Source of the DNA: Mobula hypostoma
Lineage: Eukaryota
Assembly (NCBI RefSeq): GCF_963921235.1
Contig: NC_086111.1
Span: forward strand, 30,690,001 to 30,754,000
Reading direction: 5' to 3'
Length of the DNA: 64,000 nucleotides
Shown here: piece by piece, positions 36,360 to 48,159 of the stretch
How positions within the stretch are numbered: position 1 is the stretch's first letter
Layout: each line of letters begins with the position of its first letter
Notes under the pieces: model-generated
Databases searched by the model: none
Told to the model about the DNA's origin: nothing
The model's input: the letters and a program-made list of their open reading frames with translations, nothing else
Program-made: the position numbers and the translations under genes

Positions 36360-36746
36360 CTCCCTTTTATGCCAATGCTGCTTCCCCATTGGCTCGTCGG
36401 CTCGCATGCCAGCGGTGCTTTGTTCTCCCTGTGAGGCTGAAAGGAATGTTTCGTTTTTTTTTCCCCTGTGCAGCCACATTCACTAAAGCTCCTGGTGAAA
36501 GAGAAAAGGGGATTAGAGAGAAGTGCGGCGGAGTGCTGATGCAAGCTGATGGGGAGCATGTATCTGCGCCGGGGCCTCGCTCCGCCCCGACAGGCTGCCT
36601 CCAACAGCGGAGGAGGCAAGAGGCAGCGCTCAAGTAAATACCGAGGGGGCAGGCTTCTCATGAACCAGCGCCGCAGTAGCCCACATCCAAGTTCTGCTGT
36701 GGGAGTCTAATCGGGAGTCTTTACTCATGACCAATGGCACTCTCAG
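36360..36746 (+). promoter_or_regulatory. Candidate promoter and first exon of an unidentified gene
   Basis: CpG/GC-rich, TE-free segment; CCAAT boxes at ~36372 and ~36388; ATGs at 36727 and 36734; donor-like CAG|GTAGGG at 36746/36747. Confidence 0.5.
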
Positions 36747-39700
36747 GTAGGGTCAGCTCATTAACTTTCTTCTTCTTGTTCTTTTTGCAAACTCTGAATG
36801 GGTCCGAGTGAAATAACAAAAAAAAACCCATCAAAAAGCAATAGTGTGCTTTGGCTGGGTGGAGGGGCGGAGGGAGATACATAGAGAGAGGGGCAATGCT
36901 ATTGACTGTTGCTGAAGTGAAGATGTTAGGCAGAGAAAGTTAACAGCTGTGGTTCCCTGGAATAATCTAGTTCCAGCCTCCGTCAGTTGAAGATTAAGTG
37001 CTTTTCAGAATGTGTGTTCTTTGTTGTAACCTCTGCTGCTTTATTTTTACTGTTCCCTGAATCCACGCTGTACAGTATATATTTCCCCAAAGTGCTTGCT
37101 TGAAGGCAAGGTTTGTCATTTTCTGTTGACCGTTTTCTTTATTTTGAGGGACAATATTTTTGATTTAAAAAAAACTCTCAAACACTTTACATCCCTGACA
37201 TCAAGCACCAGTGAGCTGAGTTGCAGTTCTTTATCTTTCGTGATTTATATTTTGCATATTGTTGGCCGAACTTCATCCAGTCCGAGAAGCTTTCTTTTCA
37301 CCGGGGGATTGAAACAAATCATCAAAAATCACACTTAGAATTTCAGATTACCAGCAGCTGAACGAGACACCACAGCTGCCGCCGCTCCGGTTCCTAATCT
37401 TAGCTGATTTGTGCATCTTGTGTGGTTAAGGTAGCACTTTCAGCTAAAGATGTTGGTGTGCATGTGAGTTAACAACCGGGAAGATCGAAAGGCAGAGGCT
37501 GGTGTAAAAGTCCCCATTTTTATACTTTGTAACAACTTTTTCTTCCTGCATCTGCGCGGCTTTCCATTTGAAACGAACCTTTTTTTTATTGAATGTGGTC
37601 CATGTGGAGGTCCTAGGACTCAGATTCTATAGTAAAGGATCTGTCCTCATTTCTATTTTTTTTTAATCCATAAATGACAGTTTTGTTTTACTTTCTTCCT
37701 TGACCTATAAAATAAATAAATACTCTTTAAGCAAAGAGGCTGTGTTTGGTGTTTGTGGTTTGTAAAGTTTCTGAATTCGGAGATTTTCTAGAGTATAACA
37801 CTTTGCATCTCATCTTATGAAGCATCCTAGGACCTGCCAGCACAGCTTCTACCTTCCCCAGTGAGGTTATCAGTAATAGAGAACTACGTGTCACCTTTTG
37901 TCTTGACCAGCAGCTTCAATACACTAAAAAAAATACCCTATAAGGGTCTGATACAAAGGGGAAAATGTAGTCCTCTAAAATTTAAACCTTTCAGCAGGTG
38001 CAAGTAAAACAAAGAGTGCAGAATTCTTAAAATCATATTTGAAGTGTAATGGTAGGTGAAATGTGAATTAAAGTGAAATGCCAGGTAACCTGAAGAATCC
38101 TTTAACATTATTTTAAATGCATGTTTTGATTTTTTTCCTCATAAAATAATTGGTTTTATTAAAATGTTGCCAATAAGCATAATCCAGGCAAAAATCAGAT
38201 ACGAAGAGTTATGTATCATATGTTTATGGGCTATTATTTTGGTTGATAATCTGCTTCTGGTGGATAAGGAGAGTCTTTTGATAATGATGGACAAATCAGT
38301 GCTGAGAATATTAACAATGAGATTTGAGTTGACTGAGACTGTCCATGTCCATCATTTGGATGGATGGTGCGCCGCTTCAATGTCCTATTAACCCATACGT
38401 TGCTCTGGTTCCTTGAATGCTATCAAACCATTTTTTAACCAGTGTTCTCTCCTCGCTTTACCCCTTCTTTTTCTCTGTGCTTTTCCAATTTTTGCTTCCA
38501 CCCTGAGCTCTGTTTTTCTTCATTACCACCCTGATGTCATCTCAGTATATTCTTTCATCCCCTCTCTTTAACTATTGAATGAAAGCAATCTGAGGAAGAT
38601 ATGCCACCAAACACTATCATACATTTGCCAATCCTTACTGAAAATAGCATAGAAATGGAACTTTCAACAACTTTAATGAGCAAAGTTGATATATCTTTTT
38701 AAATCAAGCAAGGCAATGCAATGCGGGAGATGCTAAAGACGCAATAAACAGGTTTCCTTACGTCTTGTAAAATTCTATGCCTGTTTCCTACAAGGAGCTG
38801 GATAGTAGCTAAAAGTCAGAGCTGCACTGATGTCTCACTTTCCGCTCCTGTGAGGTTGAGGAAGATATTGTGATCACACCAGCTGAAGTGACTTCAAAAA
38901 TTACCCAACTAGGAATCAAACCTGTCTTTTCATCTGCTGGATTACACAGGCATTTTTAATATATGTTTTGTCTAATTTACTTTACCATTAATTCCCAGCT
39001 TAACCTTTATGTGTGTTTGGCATTGTATGTCTGGGTACATATTAGATCCTCTTGCTTTGATATAGATACTGTAATTAAAGTATGACATTCTATATTTAAC
39101 ATTAATATTTATATTTAAAATTAATTCCATTTCTAATTTTATTATAACCTCCCTCTACCAAAAGGCCCCAAAGTCACTTGTTACCACCTTGAAGTGCTAC
39201 TCAAATAGCAAGTGAGTTTCCCATCTAGTCCAATGGCCTGATTCTTTCCTTCATCGATTTCCATTCTTTCACTGAAATGGTCCAAGCTACTTTTGTTGCT
39301 GGTGTTTGATTCTACTGAGATTCTGTTTTTTTCCCCCCATTACACTGGGGGAAAAAGTAATGTGTTGATGTTTCCTCCCTTTTTGCATTTGTTTCAAGCT
39401 GATATGAAAATCTTGACCAAGGATATGGTCGGACAAATCATCTATATTTTATTTTTGTTATTTTCAAAATGAAAAATGGTGGCAATACTGAACAGGGTTG
39501 CTAAAATTATAGAAGGTGAATTAACCACTCTTATTTCATGTACATCTTAAAATACATCCCACCACCTTTCCCATTCTAGTATCCAGCTGTCTTTCATTTT
39601 ATAGAGAAAGCTTACTCTATTTTTATGTTCATGTTTTCTCTGTGAAGAAGCACTCTGTGCCAAACCTAAATTTGTTTGTTTTGGTTGTTTGCATCGGCAT

Positions 39701-41789
39701 TTCTTTTAAACCGGTACATTTATAGAAGGAAGCCAGATATTGCATGTCGATAAAATGACCCTGTCTCTTTCCAGGCATGGCTGTTTAGTAAATGGATGGA
39801 GTGGATGTCAGTAAACATTGACTAAATATTTCAGAGTATTGCATTTTAAAAGAAGCTTCTGAATGTGGATCAGTTGTGTACTCTTGTCGGGAAGCTTGTT
39901 AAGAAAGCTGGTATGCACATGGTAAATGAGTAACAGGGAATATCCTGCAACAAACAAACATGTCAATGTGGTGCTAATTCAAGTTTGAGTGCAAAATGCA
40001 TGGTCTTGTAGAAGGATGCACAGGGATTGTGTTTTATGGAGATGTGCATCTTCTGTGGGGAATATGTCTTCACATGACTGCCTATGTGTGTGAGGTTGAC
40101 TGAAGTGACTGGCTGATTATAGAAAGTACGTAATGTAACAGTTGATGTTAGTGAATATCGTCAGTTCAGAGTGAGGCACTGCTTGTATGGGAAATGTGCA
40201 CTGCATTGCATCTGGGAAACAAAAATTGTGTCCACACCCACATGATGCTGCTTTTTATACCCTTCAGACCTTCTACTGCAGCTATACACAGAGACTTGAC
40301 AATGAGACATGCACACATTATGAACATGTTATTAGATTCTACCATATTGTATCTATCCAGACGTATACTTGTATTTTGTGATGTGTAACCTGTCTAAGCT
40401 ATCATCCTTAAACATAAGAACTTTCCTCAACTAATTTTATGTTGCTGTCATTCACGACTTAACCTAAACTAACGTTCTTCCCCTTCCCCCCTCTTTTCTG
40501 ATTGTTCTCTTCCTTTCTGTATTCTTTTCTTTGCCCCTCTTCTCTCTCTTGCACACTGACCCCACCTACTTCTTAGCGTCCAGTTTGCTATAATGGGAAA
40601 GAGGGGAGTGGAGTGTAAAAGACCAGATAGTTCTAATAGGATGGTGTGCATATTGGCTCATGATAATGTTTACTTAGATTTTGTTCTCTTGGATGGGACC
40701 TCTTCTGTCACACCCATCTTTTTGGTGATACAGTATGTAAAATATCTTGTGGCACTAGTTCAGTGAAGTCAAGGGACTTCTCCTGTTCCCAAAAGGGTGC
40801 AATAATATTTGTGATTTCTTGCAAAGGCCAATTATACTGTTACTAATGTTGCAATACAGTAGTTGCTACTTTTCAAAAGCCTCTAATTGGTTGAAAAGTA
40901 CTTTGGCCTGTCCCAAGATTATCAAAACATCTATTTTGACGCATCTGTTTTTAAAATTGTCTCCCTCTCATGGGCAGTCTTCTCCAATATAGCAAAAGAA
41001 AAGACTCTTTCAAACTATCTAAGGGAGGATTCTCTAATCTTTATGTCTTTGGACTTGGTCTGTGGAAAGATTTTACCTTGGGACCACATTTGTTTGTTCA
41101 ATGTTTTTTTCATGTTTTGCAGGTCATGGGCAGTAACAATTCATGATGTATTAATTTACAATTTAATATGAAGATTTATAAGTGTGGCAATTGTGCTGTC
41201 AACAGTTTGTTCTAAATGTCATAATTCAATGGGTAAACTGGCATATAAGAATTACAAGTGCAAACAAGTGCACATTGATTGGCTTTGAGGAAGAAACTAA
41301 TCATGATCAAAAAGAGCTCTTACAATCTTGAATCCCAAAATCAATAGAACTGTTCCCTCGTCTGCAACCGAGTAAAATGTTAAAAAGAAGCTTTCTCTAC
41401 TCTTTATTGCTAACTGTATAAAACCAGGTGTGAGTGGTTAAGCATCTATCCTTGGTCACTTCCCTCAAATGCAAAAGACTGCACCTGTACATCGAATTCA
41501 ATGGAACTGAAAGCAGAGTTCAATGATGCTGATGTGACAAAGAACAAATCTGTGCATCCAAGTTTCAGTATATAAAACTGTAACTATTTTTTCTTATTTC
41601 AAAACTATACAGTAAGCACATCGAAACATACTTATTTCCAAGCAATGCAAAAGAAAATCGTTTTTCCAGGCATTGTTTAAGCAAAACATAAATGACCCTC
41701 ATTTTAATCGATTAGCTCCAACATCTGTTATCACTGTGATTTTAAGATGGAGGGTTACTTCAAATGATCTGATTGTCAAAAAGAAAGAA

Positions 41790-41918
41790 TTTATTTATTT
41801 CTATATCTATTTATTGAGATACTGTTTGGAATAGGCCCTTCTGGCCCTTCAAGTCATGCCACTGATTTAACCCTAGTCTAATCACAGGACAATTTACAAT
41901 GACCAACTAACCTACTCA
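41790..41918 (-). mobile_element. HE1-like SINE tail fragment
   Basis: GGACAATTTACAATGACCAACTAACCTAC matches the tail of the SINE at 21850-21960. Confidence 0.6.
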
Positions 41919-41920
41919 TT

Positions 41921-42085
41921 AGCTGGCTGGTGGGGTAGTGGCCTCAGCACTGGACTTCAAGACAAATGGTCCTGAGTTCAAATCTGGCTGGCTTCTTGCA
42001 TGCTTTCCATCCATGGTGGGTAGTGTATGTAGCTAGCAACTCGGCCTTGTAAAAAAAAACAGTCAAATGCTATGGAAACATCAAA
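41921..42085 (+). mobile_element. tRNA-derived SINE with RTE-like body
   Basis: A-box-like GGTGGGGTAGTGG, B-box-like GAGTTCAAATC, then GCTAGCAACTCGGCCTTGTAAAA. Confidence 0.55.
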
Positions 42086-43445
42086 CATGCAAAAAACAAG
42101 GTGGGAAAAGTAACAGCAATAAACCCTACCAACCAATATTTGATTGTAAAGGGTCTTAAGCTTTGGTTGCCCCACTGCACATACAATCATTAAACAATGC
42201 ATGTGATGTTGCGATTAGGAATGGCGTGAAGCACAACAATGCCCCACAAAAGTAAAGAAAAAATCACCAGATAATACTGCTGGAGGAGGAGTAATCATTT
42301 GGAAAGAAACTGGGGAAATATTTACTGCTCATTTATCAAGAATTCTATGGTATCCATTAAACCCATCTGCATCCTGGACATAAACCTGATGTAGTGTCAG
42401 ATTCAGAAGCCAGAACCTCTGACACAGCCAGGGTTACCACAGCACTGCACTGCTTTAGCAAATACATGGACCAGAGTTCTACCTGCAATCATTCAACATG
42501 GACAGAATAGATTTTTGTGAGCTGTTGTGATTATAACAGCTAGATTGTAGTGATTGGCAGGTCTGCAAAGTATTGAAAGTAAAAGGATATGCCTCTGCTT
42601 TGCCAGATGACTTGGTAAAGGTAAATTCTGTTGTGATGTTCAGCCGAGAAAGGGACAAAGTCCTTTTAGTTTATTTCCCGATTGGTGTTATGTGATCAGG
42701 GAGGAAACATTTGAATAGATAGTGTGTGAGAAAGGAAAGGAAAATTAGAAGGCCCTCATTTTCTGACCACTGTTCGACGACTGCTTCTGCAGTTTTATAC
42801 AAATGGCCCGTGCTGCTTGAAACCAAGGTTGCGATTTTTAAGTTAAAATGAAGACATTAATTTCCATAATATTTCCAAGCAAGCTTCTGAAGTTAGGTAA
42901 TCTACTATACAGAATCTTGAGTCCCAAAGCTTCCCAATGGGTTTCTCTACAGATAAAGCCGGAACATGTGGTCAATTCAGTGTTACGGAACACTGTTCAT
43001 CTGTGTGGTTGCCATCTTGTTATTAGTCTTTGTCACTTCTTACTACTTTTAGATAATTTTTTTGTACACTTAGATGTTTTGCTATATTGGACGAAACTAT
43101 AAAGTCTAAATATTTCATGATCAGGAGACATTTTCTTGTTTGTGTATGTAGATTTGATATTTCTTTACATACATTTAAAAGTAAAGGTTAACCAGTAAGT
43201 TAATTGTTGACATACATAGGACTCAGTTAATTTAACACCACTTTAGCATGCCACCATTGGGGTAGTGCCCTCTATTTGGCTTGATGATCACCACAGAGAA
43301 GGGCAAGGATTATAATTGCATTGGGCTGCTGTCACCACCATAACTTCGACCCTTAGCTCATGCACCATCTTGCCTTCATCATGTGTCACCAGTCCTTCAT
43401 TTTCTCCGATTTGAAATCCTGGACCTTCTCAATGGTGATGAAAGT

Positions 43446-43630
43446 TGGATGGTGGTGTGGTCGTTAGTCCTGCTGCCTCATAGCTCCAGGAACTCAAGCT
43501 AAATCCTGATCTCCAGTGCTCTCCGTGGGGAGTTTGCATGTTGTCCCTGTGACAAAGCAGGTTTCCCCAAAGTACTCCAGCTTCCCCCACCAGGTTGCAA
43601 AGGCTCTCTGACAGGTTAATTACCTACTAT
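43446..43630 (+). mobile_element. V-domain SINE (older copy)
   Basis: GGAGTTTGCATGTTGTCCCTGTG V-domain core. Confidence 0.65.
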
Positions 43631-43673
43631 ATGTCAGCATTTAGTGTAGCGAAGGAGTGAAGGAAAATAAGAT

Positions 43674-43982
43674 GCCCATTAGTGTAGTGGTTATCACATC
43701 GCTTTACAGTGCCAGTGGTCACTGATCAGGGCTCAAATGCAGCCACTGCCCGTAAGGAGTTTGTACGTTCTCTCTATGTCTGCGTGGGTTTCCTCTGGGT
43801 GCTCTGGTTTCCTCCCACATTCCAAAGACGTACAGTTAGGGTTAATGAGTTGGAGGCAGGTTATGTTGGCACCGGAGGTGTCACAACACTCGTGGGCTGC
43901 CGATCACAATCCTTGTTGATTTGGTGCAACCAACGTATTTTACTGCAGGTTTTGTACATGTGGCAAGTGAAGCTAATCGTTA
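43674..43982 (+). mobile_element. V-domain SINE
   Basis: tRNA head and GGAGTTTGTACGTTCTC...GGGTTTCCTCTGGGTGCTCTGGTTTCCTCCCAC. Confidence 0.85.
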
Positions 43983-44429
43983 TTTTAAAGAATCACTGTT
44001 GAGTTGATGAGCATGTGAAAGAGAATAAACTGCAGGGTTACATCGAAAAGGGTCAATAGGATTTGCTCTGCTGAATGAAGGGAACAAAAAGGCACCTCTT
44101 CTGTTATAATAAACAAATACTGTTAGTCTGAGGTATTTTGTGGACGATAGTAGTTCAAGAAAATTGACCACCACCTTCCAGACATGTTTTCTTTAAACTT
44201 CAACACAAAGCAAAAATGTTGCAAACATCTGCCCTTGTATGGCATGCAGGCTATCTATGGGAAATAGTTCTTGAGTCATCCATCATAACTGAATGGAGGG
44301 AAGATATGAGCATTGCAATGACCAAAATATAGCTGGAGTTATCTTCATGGAGATTGAAATTATACACAGACTAATCAGAGAAAAATAAAACAAAAAATGA
44401 AATTAGATTCATTAATTCTACTGAAGTAA

Positions 44430-46465
44430 TAATATGCCAAGATTGTGCAATAACTCTAATGGATTATAAATTAACAAATGTAACAGAGGCATACTGAAAA
44501 GGAAGTGAAAAGGAAAAAGGGAACTACAGATTGGCTAACCTAATATCAGTCTTCAGAAAAATACTGAGGATTAATTATTAAGCAAGCGGTAATATAGCAC
44601 TTGGGAAATCATAATATGATTATGCAGAATCAATGTGACATTATTAAAGAGAAATCATGCTTGACAAATTTAATAATTTTTTGAGAGTATAATGATAGCA
44701 GGTCAGGTAAAGGAGAAACAGAGGTAAAGGAGAAACAGTGGTGATAATATATCTGAAGTTTTGATGTTGTCACAGAGAAGACTGTAACATAGACTGGTTA
44801 AAGGGCCAAAAGCAGACAGGAGGAATATACATACTATTTGTAGTTTGACAAATGTTACTTATGGGTATGAAAAAGATCTGTGCTGTGGTCTCAGCTGTTT
44901 GAAATCCATATAATAATTTGCGTGAAGAGACTAATGTAACATATCAAAATTTGCTGATGATAGCTGGAGAGGTTATGAAGGAAGGCAAAAATTCTCAAAA
45001 GGATAATGACTGACTCCAAAGATGAGCAAGAGCTTAGCAGCTGGAATGAAATATAGGAAAATGTAGGATTATTCTCTTTGGATAGAAAAATAAAGAATTG
45101 GGGTATTTTTAAATTGAGGAAAAGATATTAAATGTTGATGTTCCAAGGAACCTGTTTTTTTTTTGTCTGTGATATATGTTGTCAATTACAAGTACAACAA
45201 GCAATTAAGAACATAAGTGATTGGTGTATTTTAATGCAAGATTTTTGGTGTTTCACAAAATATAAGAGAATCTCGCTTGAATTACTTAGGGCTTTGACTT
45301 CTAAAGAAAAAAAGATTTATTAGTCACATGTACATCAAAACATACAGTGAAATGTGTTGTTTTGCGCCAACAACCAACGCAGTCCGAGGATGTGCTGGGG
45401 GCAGCCTCCAACTGTGGCCATGCTTTCAGCGCCAGTGAAGCATGTCCACAACTTATTAACTCTAACCCAGTCTTCTTTGGAACATAGAAGAAAACTGGAA
45501 CACCTGGAGGAAACCTATGGGGAGAACTTATAAACTCCTTATAGACCGCGACGGGAAGTGAGCTGGAAATTACACTGCCTCTGTAAAGAGTTATACTAAC
45601 TGCTAATCTATGATGCTGCCTTCTGTAGTTGCCTAGATAACATAGAAAGAAAATGTTTCCTCCATGGGGCAGTACACATATTCTCTGGACGCAAACATTT
45701 TTGAGGAATAGATTGAGTAGCAAATTTTTAATGTTCTCTGATTTAAAAGAATTAAAAATAATCCATTGAAGTGTACAGATTCTAATGGAGTTTGAGCAGG
45801 TAAATGTTATGAAGCTGGGCTGGTTGTGAAGAAGGCTTTTTGTTGACTGGCCTTCATCAGTCAGGGCAATACCTAAGGAAGCTGGAATATTATGTCGCAG
45901 TTGTATAAAATGTTGGTCAGGCTGTATTTGGAATATTATCTTCAATTTTTGTCACTCTGCTATGGAAAAGACTGCATTGAACTGGAAAGAGTGCAGAAGA
46001 AATTTACAAGATATTCAAGTGACTGAGTTATGGAGAGAGGTTGAGCGGGCTGGGACTTCTTTTGCTGGAGCATGGAAGAATAAGGGATGATTTTATACTG
46101 GTCTATAACATCATGAGAGGCATAAGTGGGATGAATGTGCTCAGTCTTTTTTTCTCCAGAATTAAGGGAATCAAGAACTAGATGTCGTATGTTTAAGGTG
46201 AGAGGAAAGAGATTTAATAGGAACTTGAGGGGCAATTTTTTTTCACCCAGAGGGTGGTCACTAAATAGAATGAGCTGCCAGAGGAAGTGGTTGAGGCAGA
46301 TTCATTAACAACAATTAAAAGGTGTTTGGACAGGTCCATGGCTAGGAAAGGTTTAGATGAATATTAAAGGAACACTGGCAAATGGGACTAGCTTAGATGG
46401 GAATATTAGTCAGTTTGAACCTGTTTGGACAAAGGACATGTTTCTGTACTGTATTACTCCATGAC
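44430..46465 (+). mobile_element. Old CR1 LINE fragments, split by a SINE
   Basis: GNYRLANLIS, KFADD and LERVQKKFTR motifs; CR1 3' UTR at ~46250-46465. Confidence 0.75.
45303..45620 (-). mobile_element. V-domain SINE
   Basis: Reverse complement of the 43674-43982 family. Confidence 0.8.
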
Positions 46466-48159
46466 TATAAATTAAGGCAAGATTTTTTGAAAGTGGGGGT
46501 AACTATTTTTGACAAGATGAAGAGAAAATTTTTCAGATGGACGACTAGAATATTTGGAATTCTTGGCTGCAATGTGGTATTGCTTCTTAATTGTATACAT
46601 TTATATTTGAGATTGATAGATTTTTGAATTTTACAAAAGTCTAAGGTTTCTGGGAAAGCAATGAGATCAAAGATTAACCACGCTCTTATTAAAGGACTCC
46701 ATACTCCTTTGCTACTTGTACTTCTTTCATCTATTTCCTGTTTCTTTTGCTGCCAGAAGAAGCCGTAATTTAATTTTGAGAATTTCATTACTTTCTTGAT
46801 ATCCTGACCTAGAGGAATTTATTTGCAGTGAGATCTTCCATTTCAGTAGTTCATTAATTGGCCTTGTTTTTCTCTTTACCTTCAGAGATGCTGTTAAAAT
46901 TGTTAATCTCCCAATCAAGTTTAAATTGTTTAACATGGTTAGTGATTTATACTTAGAACCAAATAATTAGTGTGGATCAAACTGTGGCACAATTCATTTG
47001 GTTGGTAGTAATAGTCTTGATAGTATTAGCGAAAATAAAAGTTCAAGAGATTTGCTCTAGTGCCTCTGTTTCTTTACCCTCACTGATTTTTACCCTTACA
47101 CTGTTGCTCCTTTCTGCCACTGATTGTCTCCTTTTTATTGCAACCATGTTCATGCTCAGTTGATACTTGAAGTGTTGCCAGCTTTTGTGCAGTTTATATT
47201 AAGTCCTTGGGGAATCAGCAGGCTGGTTATTTAAAAAAAATGTTACCTGTCCAGGTTCAAGGCCCAAGGTGATATGTTATGGCGAAAAGAATTAGTAACC
47301 TCAATTAAAGGTAAAAGAAAGTAAAATGTTAATTTTGAAACCCTTTCACACACCTGAAAAAGGTGAGAACAATGGTAATTTTTTTTTTCAAAAATCTTGG
47401 GTATAGGCAATTTCTGTGAATGCCTGAAAGAGTTCAACTCTGGCTGGCAGAGTTTCAAATAACTCATGCATTCAGTAACTAATTAGGTTGTAACTTTAAC
47501 TGTCTAACAACCAATGCAAGTTACAATATAACTGCTGGCATTGAAGTAATGGGATTCTATTAATGACAATGCGATCTTAATTAAAAAAGAAGCAAGGTTT
47601 ATCATTTATGTAGTGTGGTGTAATTTACTGGTGATGCTCCATTATAAATCATGACATAATGAAAAGGGCACTGCCAGGACCCTGGGGAAGAGAACTAACA
47701 GGTAGTGAGAGAACATTTGGGAAGGCTGTCAGGATGTAGTAGTGATATGGAAACAAAACAGAGCTGAGTTATTACAGGGATGCAGCTACAAAAGTCATCC
47801 TGCACTGATGAGGAGCAGGATCCTGAAGTAGTGATGGACGGGTGAAAAGAATGGAAATGAGATAGGACTAGAAAATGGAGAGTAGATAGAGATTGGAGAT
47901 GAGATGGAGAACATTATTGGTGACAGCACATGACAATATGGTTGTAAAACATAGAGAGAAACACCAGAATAGAAAATGGAAGCAAAATAAAGTAAGAGGG
48001 GATAAAAGTAGTGAAGTAAAATGGATGACTAAAATCAATAAAAAATCTATGGATTGATGGGCAGGTAAGAGAAAGCAATAATGTATTTATTCTAACATTG
48101 ACCATTAACTTCATCTATCTGAGTATTTCTACATGAAATAAATTTTCTAAATTCAGACT

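Noticed and set aside
36734-36811. MALSG start resembling KCTD16, or a signal peptide
   Set aside because: The frame stops after 25 codons, no BTB domain follows, and four or five residues cannot identify a gene.
45301-45945. 214-aa ORF
   Set aside because: It runs across a SINE and antisense CR1 remnants and has no recognisable domain.
46886-46937. Possible 52-nt exon (polypyrimidine-CAG acceptor, GTTAGT donor)
   Set aside because: Open in two frames but the peptides are unrecognised; such signals are common by chance and need RNA data.
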